DNA of 64,000 nucleotides from Bilabrum cf. latius (Eukaryota), in NCBI GenBank assembly GCA_965178125.1, contig OZ237756.1:248001-312000 (forward strand), in the 5' to 3' direction. Shown in pieces: positions 51,808-64,000 of the stretch; positions within the stretch are counted from its first letter, which is position 1, and every line of letters begins with the position of its first letter. The position numbers were made by a program, and so were the translations under genes. Under the pieces are notes generated by a model. It saw nothing but the letters and a program-made list of their open reading frames with translations. It was not told where the DNA came from and did no database searches.

Positions 51808-54800
51808 TCACGTCGGTTCGCTGCCAGGAGGTGACTCGCTGCCCGTCTCAAAGGGCTTGGCGACTCCAAGAGCCTTCTGCGTTTGCTTGGAGGCTTCCGT
51901 ACCATTGGAATCCGCCATGGTCTTGGCACGGTCAAGGTCTACTGGTTGAGATCCCCGATCTGCATCTCGGACGCTCTGCCCGCCGATCGTGTTGTTCTGT
52001 AGAACTTCACCCTTTGAGCCGCGGCTAGACCACATGGGAGACTGTCCCTGCAGGGCATGCATGCCTGCCGGCCCGGGCTTAGCGTTGCCAGGAGCGGTCG
52101 ACACCTTGCCGCTTCCCTGACTGGAGCTCTTTGGTCCCTGTACTGGGCCAGAAGCTTGTCGGCGGTGCTCCATGGCCTCCTCCTCAGTGTCCACCAGTCC
52201 GCTTCGTCCACACAGCCACTCCACCTTTGGGCCAAGCACCTTCTCAAACATAGTGAAAGCAGATGTAAACCCGCCAAGGATACCCACAGTGAGACCCACG
52301 ATCGATGAGGCCACCTGAGCCAAGGTGTAGGCTGGCGTGATGTTTGTCGTGGCAAACACTCCCGCTTGCGACATCTGAATGCTGAGCCTCGTCACTGTGG
52401 TGGCTGGATCGATGGCATCGACAGATCGAGTCGTTGTCGCCCCGCTGCGCAGGTCTTGCACCCTGAACCCCTCCACGCTCCTGGCGCTTCCAGCCCTCGT
52501 GTCATCCAGCACGTGACCGACGAACGCCACCTGCTCGGATCGAGCATCCAGCATCTCTTGCAGGTGCACCGTGGCGTTCGAAGTGAGTGGGTCAGCTGAT
52601 GGAGACACTGCAGTGCCGCTCACACTGGACCAGCGGCCTCCCGCGTCTTGCGTGGCCAGCCGCCAGCCGATCGCCTGCACAGCCCAATGGGTGTCGATGT
52701 CAAGCACGGTGACGGCAGTCAGGCCGCAGTCGTCACACGTGGCACGAAGCCAGCACAGAGGCCGATCGAGCTGCTGACCATCCGATGGTAGTTCCTGCAC
52801 GGTGGCAGTGGCTGCCAGTTGCAGCATCGAATGCGCTGGGGCATCCCTGGGTAGTTGCTCTGCAGACAGCGACGCGCGGCCAGAGCTCACAGTGAGAAGG
52901 TACGACTCACTGCAGGGTGCCAGGGAGGTCGGAGACAGCACGGCATCCAGCACCACGTTACTCTTCGCCGATGCAGCTCGGACAGCACCGGAGGCCCCCG
53001 CCGTGGCCACCTGCAGCCCATCCGTGGTGATGGAGTTGCGATAGGCGAAATCGAGTACAAGGGTAGTGGATGATGTCAGTGCCACCAGCACGGCCATGAC
53101 GGTGAACCATCCACCCGTTGCCGTGGTGATCCTCCTGACTGCGGCATACTCGACGGGCTTGTGCGCCTGCGCCATGCTGTCGATCATGCGCAGTCCCGTA
53201 TGCATCGTTGGCCGCACTGATGGTACTAGCAGCAGGAGCAGTAGCACGCAGAGCACGCACGTCGTCACAATCCATGCGATAATGTCGACATCGGATCCAC
53301 CCTCATCATCGGTGCCTCCATCGCTGGCCGGATCCGGTTCATCTGCAGGTGCCTCCTCTGCCCCGCTGGACTAGTCGTCTTGCATCGGCTCTTGCAGGCG
53401 CCGTGCAGCCAACCCGCCTGCTCTGAGCGCTGCCACGACCTTGGGGTCAACAACCGATTGTGGATCCACCCGCAATCGCCTGCTGGATCCACCCGAGCTG
53501 TAGCTGCTAGTCGCAGCACTAGCAAATGCATCTTCATCATTCCCAGGCAAGGGGACACCTGCCAAGGATTCCTGGATCACAGCCAGAGCAGGCACAGGCT
53601 CAGGCACACCGGGCAGGCACATGGTGCCAGGATCACTGCATGTTGGCGGATGATCAACGCACTCGTTGGTGCTTGAATCGAGAATGGCATCTCCTGGGCA
53701 CCCCGAGCACAATGCCGAGCCACTGTCACTGCGCAGGCCGGCCCCGCATCGAATGCAGCTGGATGTGAGGGCAGCACCAGGACTTGGCATGTACGTGCCT
53801 GACGGACACTCAGAGCATGCAAATGACCCGATCTTGTAGACAGACGCGGTGCCCGGCTTGCATGTCTCGCAGGACTGCACGTTGCCGCCGGCAGAAGAAG
53901 TGCCCGGCAAGCATGGCTCGCAATTCTGCCCTGCCATCCCACCAGGGCAAGAGACCACCACTGCAATGCAGTCGAGAGCAGTAGACGTTCCAGTCCCGAC
54001 TGTTGTGGTCCCATCGGGGCACTGCAGGCACGTTGATGACGAAGCGGCCAGCACGGCTTCGCTGTAGGTGCCCTTGGGACAATCGCTCTTCTGCAAGCCA
54101 TCCTCGCAGTAGGTACCTGCAGGGCACTTCACGCACATGATTTCGGTCGTTGCACTGCCGAGTATCTCCACGGGCGCTTTGTAGGTGCCGGGATTGCACT
54201 GCGCTCCTACGCTGTCCGAGATATTGACTCCCTGTAGCTTGAACAGGTTGGCAAATGCCTAGGCGTGCGAAGTCTCGATCGGGTTGTTCTACAAATTCAG
54301 ATGCTCCATGGCATTGTTGGCAGCAAAGGACAGCTGGGCCAGGTACTTGAAGCCGTTACCACTCAAGTCTACGGTTCGAACATTAACAAGAGGCGAGAGA
54401 GCGCCGTCTACGAGGTGGAACGACTGCTCACCAGAGGACCCCGCAACGCGGAGAGAAGAAAGTGCAGGAAGCCCAGCGAACGTCGCTTCGGTCCACGCAG
54501 ACCGACGCAGGTCCAAGCCTTGCAGATCCAACGACCGCAGTGTGCTCGCAAATGCACAGTCACGGAATCCATCGAGAGCCAGGTCTTGTGTTTTGCCAAA
54601 TGTGCGCTAGGCCCCCGGGGCCTCGATAGACAGCGAAGCCAGAAGATCGAGACCATCAAAGAATCCACAAGTCCCGTTCTCGACAGTAAAATCAGCTCCA
54701 AGGGTCAATTGTATCTCGGTCAGATCTCCAAGGTGCTGGAGCAGGCCAGTTGGCCCTGATTGCAGCATCGGAGCAACAAGCTCAAGACGGCCAGGACTGC

Positions 54801-56325
54801 CGTGTGCTCCAACAAATGCGTCTTGGTGCAGGTGCTGCAGCCCGGGTGCCTAGATACGTACTCGCTAGGACGACATCGAGCCTTCGAAGAGACCCGCCCC
54901 TCCATCCTACATGCTCGATGGCAGCGCGATGGACGTCAGGCCCGTCAGCCCACGCAGCGCACCAGCCTCAAGACTCGACACCTGCGTCATGGACAGGTCC
55001 AGCGACTGCAGGCCGGATGGACCCGATCCGTCCTGGCCCGATGTGAACGCGTCTGGCTCGATGGTGCTGATACTCGGGGGCAGACTGATCTCTACGAGTG
55101 TTCCATTGTCAGTTCCCAGACTGTGCTGCGTGATTGCAGTCAGGTCGGTGCACCTTGAAAGGTCGATGGAACGCAGCCTCGGGGCACCGCTAGCAAAATT
55201 CGCAGGCAGCTCATTAAGCCCAGCCGGCAGGACGATAGTGCTTAGTTGCTCCCAACCAGCTAGGACTGGCACCTCCGGTGCAGCAGGCCAGGGCGCGTCG
55301 ATCTAAGCGCCCGACAAGTCTAGGGTAGTGACATCAACATCTGGCAAGATTGTATCCAACCTTACAGATGGTGGGCGGCACATAACGGAAGCACTCCACG
55401 CCTGTACGCTCGATGGAGGGCTAGACTAGGACGAAGAGTCAGACCCAAAGCAGTGCATCTTGCCAGTGCCTGCCTCGATCCCGCACGTGTGCTCATCGCC
55501 CGCAGACACGGCGACCCACGCCTGCACGCTCGATGGAGGGCTAGACTAGGACTAAGAGTCAGACCCGAAGCAGTGCATCTTGCCAGTGCCTGCCTCGATG
55601 CCACACGTGTGCTATCCACCGGCAGATACAGCGGCCCACGCCTGCACGCTTGATGGAGGGCTAGACTTTTGGGGGTGCTAGTCATCCCCGAAGCAGTGCA
55701 TCTTGCGTGTGCCTGCTTCGATCCCACACGTATGATATGGGCCCGCAGACACGGCAGACCATGCCTGTACGCTCGATGGAGGGCTAGACTAGGACTACAT
55801 ATTGGACCCAAAGCAGTGCATATTACCGGTACCTGCCTCGATGCCGCACGTGTGTGAATAGCCCGCCGACACGGCAGACCACTCCTACACGCTCGATGGA
55901 GGACTGGACTAAACGAAGGACCCGAAACAGTGCATCTTGCCGGTGCCTGCCTCGATCCCGCACGTGTGCGATCCGCCCGCAGACACGGCAGACCATGCCT
56001 GCACGCTCGATGGAGGGCTAGACTAGGACGAAGAGTCGTCTCCGAAGCAGTGCAGCTTCCTAGTGTCAGCCTCGATGCCGCACGTGTGTGAATAGCCCGC
56101 AGACACTGCAGACCATGCCAGCACGCTCGATGGAGGGCTAGACTAGGACCAAGTGTCTCCGCCGAAGCAGTGCATATTACCGGTGCCTGCCTCGATGCCA
56201 CACGTGTGCGAGGTTCCTGCCATTTCAAGCAAGGTACGTTCGTGGTAATCCTTGCACCAGTCGTTTCCCATTGAGCGGTCAACAGCAAGAAGTGCTGCAA
56301 CCAGAAATGGAGTATGCAATCGCAT
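51808..56325 (-). CDS. Membrane receptor-like protein copy A: signal peptide, ~7 RCC1/BLIP-II-like repeats, LRRs, Cys-rich (TNFR/GCC-like) repeats, multi-TM C-terminal region (~1505 aa)
   Basis: One frame from ATG 56325 to TGA 51808 broken only by TAGs. Repeats WSAVSAGxxHTCGIEAGTGKMHCFG; LRR LQSLDLSMTQVSSL, VDLSGNGF, LNL[TAG]NNPIE; CxxCPxGTY repeats; hydrophobic helices. Confidence 0.82.
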
Positions 56326-56937
56326 TGGTTTTAAGGGAAGACACTGCTACGGCACAAGTATGTAAATAGGAGTGAATTGTGTACGGAGAGAGACCGACTC
56401 TCTTGCAGTCGTGATACACTGGCAGTTGGGTGATATCCCGGTGGGTGATATCCCGGTGGGTGATACTTCCCCAAGGCAACCCAGTGGGTAATAGTATTCC
56501 GGCCCGCCGGGAAGGGTCAGCTGTTCGTTCAGCGAATATTTGTGATTGCACGCACTTACTCAATCCCCCATTGGATCAATGCAAATGCGATCGTGTTCCC
56601 ACTAACTTGCTCTTTCCAGGCAGCAAAGCGGTTTTTGAAAAAGCCCATTATTATTTTTAGAAAGACATAAGTGGCTTCGTTCTGGGGGCAGAAGCAGTCT
56701 GAATCGGGCTCGCACGGTGCCGCAAGCGGCAAGTCCCGACATTATCAACAGGACCAAGCCCCACCACAGCCACATGGGACAGTGCTGATCACGCCCAGCA
56801 TGCATGATGCGTCGTAAATCATCCAAGGAACGGGCCTCACTCGCGGAGTCGCTTCAGAGTTGTCGCTCGAATCAATTGGCTCCACGAGAGGTGAAGCACC
56901 TGCTCGCGGTGAAAAGCCGGTCGACGACTGCAGCGGC

Positions 56938-58090
56938 GGGTATGGTGCTGCTCCCCGCCGAGAGCCTTCATGGAAGCCCAAGCGAGCACTGGACTCGGTG
57001 GGCACGATGAGCAAGAAGCCATCCGTAAGGAGGATTTGAACGACGCAGCTGAGGAGGCAGTTGGCTCTTTGCATGTGCTGGTACTGGGCTGCACCGCAGA
57101 ACGTGGAGCTGGGAGCCGTGTCGGGCGGTGACGTGCCGAGCATCTGCGTGGGCGGCTGCAGAACCCCCACCCGCCTGCCACCACGCCGGCTCCAAGGCAA
57201 ACCCCGTGCCCCGCCCACTCTAGCAGGTGCCTGGCATTGTGCTAGCACCGGTGATATCGAGGCTCGATGGGGGGCTGGCCGTTGGGGGCGAGGGTGGCAT
57301 GGACAAGGACGAGGAGGGGCAGGGGGCGGCACAGCGCGCATCGATGGGGGCAAGCAGAGGCAGGAGCAGCTGCCACAAACACGCATGGGAGCCATAGATC
57401 TGTTTGCCAGGGCAGAAGCAGAGCTCGTCGAGCAATCGCCGGGCAAGGGTCACGACGGCAGCAACAGCAGCAGCAGGGCGGAGCTCGTGCTGAATACGTC
57501 TGCTCGCAAGAATGCCAGCATCGTGGTGGCAGGCGGGACGGCCTGGTCCTGGATGGCGATCTGAAGGGCATCCCTGGGCTGGCCGCCGGGGGAGTTGGGG
57601 GTCACCGTGATGGTGGACAGAAAGAGTAGCTCCTCGCCCGGCGCCGGCCAGAGTGCGTCTCGTTCGAGCGGCGATTTCGTAGCGGAGGGAGTTGACCCTG
57701 GTGGTGATGGGCTTCTGCGGAAGCCGCGGCACGGTCAGGGTGGAGCGGTCCAGTTGTTCGGCAACAAGCACAGTCGTGAAGCCAAGGCCGACGGACAGGC
57801 CACGGCTTCCGCGTCTGACGAAGAGGAGTCGCACCCTTAGAAGAAGGTTCGATTCATCGAGCTAAAAGATCGGTTGAATTGTGTGCGTTTCTGTACATTG
57901 TCCTAGTCTAGAAGCAGGATCATCATGCCGGGAAGCCTCCGACCGCTGCTCGGGCGGTCGAACTGCACACCGGGTATGACGGTGTTCCCCGCCGACAGCC
58001 TTCATGGAAGCCCAAGCAAGCACTGGACGTGGTGGGCACGATGAGCAAGAAGCCATCCGTAAGGGGGGTTTGAACGACGCAGCTGAGGAG
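56938..58090. repeat. ~120-bp diverged direct repeat (56938-57057, 57972-58090)
   Basis: agccttcatggaagcccaagc...ggtgggcacgatgagcaagaagccatccgtaagg...tttgaacgacgcagctgaggagg occurs twice. Confidence 0.75.
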
Positions 58091-59139
58091 GCCAGGGCCG
58101 CAGGTCGCAGAGGGGGGGACGGAGAAGGAGGAGAAGGAGACCAACGAGGGAGGCGAGGAGATGGAGAAAGCGCAACTGTCGACGCGATACGGTCTCCTTA
58201 GGCACTTCGACGGCATGGTAGCAGGGAACACCCCTAGATGATGCAGCAAGCCGGCTCCACAAGGGGTCAACCGCCCCGTGGCTGCAGCACCTGCAACGGG
58301 TCCGGCCCATGGTGCGACTGCGCGCTCCAAGAGAAAGTGGGGGTAATGCATGAATGGAAGACGGCGAGTTGGTGCACAGTACCATCTGGGAGGACGAGGA
58401 GGAAGAGGGGAAAATGGTAATAGAGGACGGCGCCTCTGAATCGCTCGGTGGTGACGGTGGGGCAGCGGGCGGATCCACGGCCGTGTGGAGCAGTGCTATA
58501 TCCGCGCACCAGAATCACCAAGCCCGCGCCGCTGCACAGGCTGGGGAGCCCGTTTTCCGCTGCCTGGCTAAAACGGGCGACCCCGGGCAGCCAGGGGCGG
58601 CGCTTCGCCGGCAGTGGATACCGAGAGGCCGAGCAAGCGCCTGCAGTGCAGCGACAATGATATCATATGGATGGAGCTTCCTCCATGGGCAGCGCACTGC
58701 TGCCATCCAGATGCCTCGCGCTGCAATACCACCGGGTAGCTACTCGGCCGCGTTGAAGTTGTGCATCCTGCCGGTTGTGATCTGAGTGGCACCCGCTTGA
58801 TCCCCGGCATGCTCAGCAGCTCCATCCGTTCCTCGAACGTGAAGGCCGGCCACAGCGGAAGCAGCTACATAATGTCAGGCCTAGCACCCCTCGTAGCTCA
58901 GGTACCGTAGCAGCCCCCTCACGAAGTACCGGGTAAAAGATTGTCGTTTGCTGGATTTTTCGTTCCTATAGCGGTAGACCTACAACTTTAATGGGTACAG
59001 TGGGTGAGCATGTGTGGTCGTGCTCGGCTAGCTCCGAGAAAAAAACACGTGTACCACCAGATCTGGTTAACTTGTGAGAAATGTAGATTGCGTTTTGCAA
59101 TATCGACCACGGGGCCGGAAATCACCGACCGTACAGAGT

Positions 59140-59509
59140 TCATCCAAGCCGGCGCAAGCCAGAGACACGTGCACACTATTGCCAACAAGGCAAGCACCAG
59201 CGAGACTCAGGCGGCCAGGGCAAGCAGCATTCGCACTGCAAGCCCAGCCTGCTACTTGGTCATCCAAGCCGGCGCAAGCAAGTGACACGTGCACACAATG
59301 TGTCCCAAAATCCAACAAGGCAAGCACCAGCGAGACTCAGGCGGCCAGGGCAAGCAGCATTCTCACTGCAAGCCCAGCCTGCTACTTGGTCATCCAAGCC
59401 GGCGCAAGCCAGAGACACGTGCACACTATTGTGTCCCAAAATCCAACAAGGCAAGCACCAGCGAGACTCAGGCGGCCAGGGCAAGCAGCATTCTCACTGC
59501 GAGCCCAGC
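59140..59509. repeat. 120-130-bp tandem repeat, 3 copies
   Basis: tcatccaagccggcgcaagc...gagactcaggcggccagggcaagcagcatt at 59140, 59260, 59390. Confidence 0.9.
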
Positions 59510-60449
59510 ACTCTCGTGTTGATGCATTGGCTCCCGGGGCATCGAGATGCCCAGATTAGTTACGAGGCGTAGGTATAAGGTTGTTGGCCTGCTGTTTGTG
59601 CTCGACCTGCCGCCTCCTTTCTCCATTCTGTGAGAGACTGAACTCAATAATAGTTTATTTTTCGTTTGAAAGTAAGGCTGCGAGGCATCAGGTGCATAGC
59701 ATGTGAGTGCCCTAAACGGTTGTGCTCAATGACCGGGCTGGACTACTTGTGCGGAGCCCGCTGGTCGGCAAGTCGCTTGGCAGCCCGCCTAGAAGTTCTT
59801 AATGTACAGTCAAGTCAATGCGATGGTCTGTTTGATGTCCATCTCGTGGGTCTTGACGGGCAGCAGGGACAGTTGGCACGTTGACAACGACTGGGGACCT
59901 CATTGGCCTGCAATCGGGCATCTTGGCGCGCCTTCTGAGCATAAAACTGTCGGATGGACCCAGTGTGCGTTTCAGTGTAGGAGCATTGCGAGGTTGTGTT
60001 CGCGTAGCAAGAGTCTTGCTGCAGCTGTGGTACACTTCACTTGGTGGCTTCAACTTTAGCTACAACGTCCGTTGTGCGCCTCGTGTACTAGGTATCAGTT
60101 ACCTTGTGCCGTAGATTTATATCTTTTTGCGCTAGTTATTGCGCGTGCTCCCACAAGGGTGCCAGATTCCAGGGCCACTCTCCACGGTCCGATCAAACCG
60201 GAACTCTCCGCGCGCTCCGACTCCCAATTTGAAACACACTGGGTTGCCTGAGGGTGAATCCGAATATTACCCAACGTGATATCACCCACTAGGATTTCAA
60301 AGTCCACCCACCAGGAAATCACCCATCGGCGTGGACACAAGTACTAATAGGCTATAGTGCCGCCGAACGCTGGAGAGTCTGTCTCTCTCTAAACGAAATT
60401 CACTCCTATTTACATACTTGTGCCGTGTCAATTTCTTTCCTCTAAACAA

Positions 60450-63400
60450 ATGCGATTGCATACTCCATTTCTGGTTGCAGCACTTCTTGCTGTTGACCGC
60501 TCAATGGGGAGCGACTGGTGCAAGGATAACTATGAGCTTACCTCGCTTGAAATGGCAGGAAGAGAGCACACGTGTGGGATCGAAGCCGGCACCGGCAAGA
60601 TGCACTGCTTCGGGTCTGACACTTACTCCAAGTCCAGCCCTCCATCGAGCGTGTAGGAGTGGTCCGCCGTGTCTGCTGGCAATGAACACACGTGTGGGAT
60701 CGAGGCAGGCACCAGCAAGATGCACTGCTTCGGGTACAATGAGTACTCCTAGTCCAGCCCTCCATCGAGCGTGCAGGCGTGGGCCGCCGTGTCTGCGGGC
60801 GGCTAGCACACGTGCGGGATCGAGGCAGGCACGCGCAAGATGCACTGCTTTGGGTCCAATTTGTACTCCTAGTCTACCCCTCCATCGAGCGTGCAGGCAT
60901 GGTCTGCCGTATCTGCGGGCCAATCACACACGTGCGGGATCGAGGCAGGCACACGCAAGATACACTGCTTTGGGTCCAATATGTAGTCCATGTCTACCCC
61001 TCCATCGAGCGTACAGAAGTGGTCAACCGTGTCTGCAGGCGGGTCACACACGTGTGGGATCGAGGCAGGCACGCGCAAGATGCACTGCTTCGGGTCCAAT
61101 TTGTCGTCCGAGTCCAGCCCTCCATCGAGCGTGCAGGCGTGGGCTGCCGTGTCTGTGGGCAACGGGTACACGTGCGGGATCGAGGCAGGCGCCGGCAAGA
61201 TTCACTGCTTCGGGTCCATGTATTTTTCATTGTCCCTCTTTCCATCGAACGTGGCGTGGTCCGCCGTATCTGCGGGTGGGAGGCACAGGTGCGGGATTAA
61301 GGCCGGTACCGGCGAGATGCTCTGCATCGGGGGCGATATGTACTCCGTGATACCTCCATCGAGTGTGCAGGCGTGGAGTGCTTCCGTTACTTGTCGCCCA
61401 CCGTCCGTAAGGTTCGACACAATCTTGCTAGATGATTCTGTTACAACACTGGACTTGGCGGACGCTCAAATCGACGCACCCTGGCCTGCTGTGCCGGAGG
61501 TGCCAGTCCTAGCTGGTTGGGAGCAACTAAGCACTATCGTCCTGCCAGCTGGGCTTAAGGAGCTGCCTGCGAATTTTGCTAGCGGTGCCCCGAGGCTGCG
61601 TTCCATCGACCTTTCAAGGTGCACCGACCTGACTGCAATCCCGCAGTACAGTCTGGGAACTGACAATGGAACACTCACCGGGATCATTCTGCCCTCGAGT
61701 ATCAGCACCATCGAGCCAGACGCGTTCACATCGGGCCAGGACAGATCGGGCCCATCCGGCCTGCAGTCGCTGGACCTGTCCATGACGCAGGTGTCGAGTC
61801 TTGAGGCTGGTGCACTGCGCGGACTAACGGGCCTGACGTCCATCTTGCTGCCATCGAGCATGGAAGATGGAGGGGCGGGTCTCTTCGAAGGCTCGATGTC
61901 GTCCTAGCGAGTACGCATCTAGGCACCCGGGCTGCAGCACCTGCACCAGGACGCATTTCTCGGAGCACACGGCAGTCCTGGTCGTCTTGAGCTTGTTGCT
62001 CCGATGCTGCAATCAGGGCCAACTGGGCTGTTCCAGCACCTTGGAGATCTGACCGAGATACAACTGACCCTTGGAGCTGATTTTGCTGTCGAGAACGGGA
62101 CTTGCGGATTCTTTGATGGTCTCGATCTCCTCGCTTCGCTGTCTATCGAGGCCCCAGGCGCCTACCGCATCTTTGGCAAAACCCAAGACCTGGCTCTCGA
62201 TGGATTCCGTGACTGTGCATTTGCAAGCACACTGCGGTCGTTGGATCTGCAAGGCCTGGATCTGCGTCGGTCTGCATGGACCGAAGCAACGTTCGCTGGG
62301 TTTTCTGAACTTGCTGCTCTCCGCGTTGTGGGATCCTCTGGTGATCAATCGTTTGATCTTGTTGACGGTGCTCTCTCGCCTCTTGTTAATGTGCAAACCG
62401 TAGACTTGAGTGGCAATGGTTTTACATATCTGGCCCAGCTGTCCTTTGCTGCCAACGATGCCATGGAGCATCTGAATTTGTAGAACAACCCGATCGAGAC
62501 TTCGCACGCCCAGGCATTTGCCAACCTGTTCAAGCTACAGGGAGTCAATATCTCCGAGAGTGTGGGAGCGCAGTGCAATCCCGGCACCTACAAAGCACCG
62601 GTGGAGATACTCGGCAGTGCAACGACCGAAATCATGTGCGTGAAGTGCCCTGCAGGTACCTACTGCGAGGATGGCTTGCGGATGAGCGATTGTCCCAAAG
62701 GCACCTACAGCGAAGCCGTGCTGGCCGCTTCGTCATCAACGTGCCTGCAGTGCCCCGATGGGACCACAACAGTCGGGACTGGAACGTCTACTGCGCTTGA
62801 CTGCATTGCAGTGGTGGTCTCTTGCCCTGGTGGGATGGCAGGGCAGAACTGCGAGCCATGCTTGCCGGGCACGTCTTCTCCAGGCGGTAACGTGCAGTCC
62901 TGCGAGACATGCAAGCCAGGGACTGCCTCTGTCTCCAAGCTTGGATCAATTGCGTGCTCTGAGTGTCCGTCAGGCACGTACATGCCAAGTCTTGGTGCTG
63001 CCCTCACATCCAGCTGCATTCGATGCGGGGCCGGCCTGCGCAGTGACAGTGGCTCGGCATTGTGCTCGGGGTGCCCAGGAGATGCCATTCTCGATTCAAG
63101 CACCAACGAGTGCGTTAATCATCCGCCAACATGCAGCGATCCTGGCACCATGTGCCTGCCCGGTGTGCCTGAGCCTGTGCCTGCTCTGGCTGTGATCCAG
63201 GAATCCTTGGCAGGTGTCCCCTTGCCCGGGAATGATGAAGATGCATTCGCCAGTGCTACCACCAGCAGCTACAGCTCGGGTGGATCCAGCAGGCGACTGA
63301 GAATGAATCCACAATCGGTTGTTGACCCCAAGGTCGTGGCAGCGCTCAGAGCGGGTGGGTTGGCTGCACGGCGCCTGCAAGAGCCGATGCAGAACGACTA

Positions 63401-64000
63401 GTCCAGTGGGGCAGAGGAGGCACCTGCAGATGAACCGGAGCCGGCCAGCGATGGAGGCACCGATGATGAGGATGGATCCGATGTCGACATTATCGCATGG
63501 ATTGTGACGACGTGCGTGCTCTGCGTGCTACTGCTCCTGTTGCTGGTTCCTGCAGCTCGACCAACGATGCATACGGGACTGCGCATGATCGACAGCATGG
63601 CGCAGGCGCACAAGCCCGTCGAGTATGCCGCTGTCAGGAGGATCACCACGGCAATGGGTGGATGGTTCACCGTCATGGCCGTGCTGGTGGCACTGACATC
63701 GTCCACTACCCTTGTACTCGATTTCGCCTATCGCAACTCCATCACCACGGATGGGCTGCAGGTGGCCACGGCGGGGGCCTCCGGTGCTGTCCGAGCTGCA
63801 TCGGCGAGAAGCAATGTGGTGCTGGATGCCGTGCTGTCTCCGACCTCCCTGGTGGCCTGCAGTGAGTCGTACCTTCTCACCGTGAGCTCTGGCCGCGCGT
63901 CGCTGTCTGCAGAGCAACTGCCAAGGGATGCCCCAGCGCATTCGATGCTGCAGCTGGCAGCCACTGCCACCGTGCAGGAACTACCATCGGATGGTCAGGA
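60450..64000 (+). CDS. Membrane receptor-like RCC1-LRR-Cys-rich protein copy B (3'-truncated by window edge)
   Basis: Paralogue of 51808-56325; starts MRLHTPFLVAALLAV; one frame with TAGs at 60654, 60750, 60804, 60870, 60984, 61905, ~61920, 62481, 63399. Confidence 0.82.

Larger units (their letters stand above)
52775..64000. repeat. Large inverted duplication (arms ~52775-56402 and ~60373-64000+)
   Basis: The reverse complement of the left arm matches the right arm from the upstream region through the coding sequence to the window edge. Confidence 0.92.

Noticed and set aside
265-64000. Mass pseudogenisation or sequencing error as the cause of in-frame stops
   Set aside because: Breaks are exclusively TAG, have no frameshifts, are shared between paralogues and fall at Gln positions
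265-64000. Pyrrolysine or programmed readthrough
   Set aside because: Eukaryotic context, up to 11 or more TAGs per gene and no shared downstream context; no pyl genes and no CUA tRNA seen in this window

Overview
GC-rich eukaryotic (protist-type) nuclear DNA with short GT-AG introns and about 15 genes. The main result is a non-standard nuclear genetic code. Most genes are chains of same-frame ORFs broken only at TAG (more than 60 in-frame TAGs counted), and TAG falls at conserved Gln positions (MSH3 PIP box M-K-[TAG]-SSLSSFF; MutS domain I VR-[TAG]-SETAA). TAG also swaps with CAG/CAA between paralogues and repeats. Genes end in TGA (12) or TAA (1), and I found no in-frame TAA in intact genes. 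UAG therefore appears to encode Gln while UAA/UGA remain stops. Read this way the window encodes a secreted subtilase, a TPR protein, a kinase fused to about 20 near-identical variable ARM repeats, MSH3, two tandem-duplicated surface proteins, a beta-propeller-like protein, a PARP-like/TLDc protein, NOP58 (hosting an intronic box C/D snoRNA candidate and a 44-bp minisatellite), a PH protein, a beta-helix (GH110-like) enzyme and two inverted copies of an RCC1-LRR-Cys-rich membrane protein. There is also a 2.9-kb element with 43-bp terminal inverted repeats and several minisatellites.
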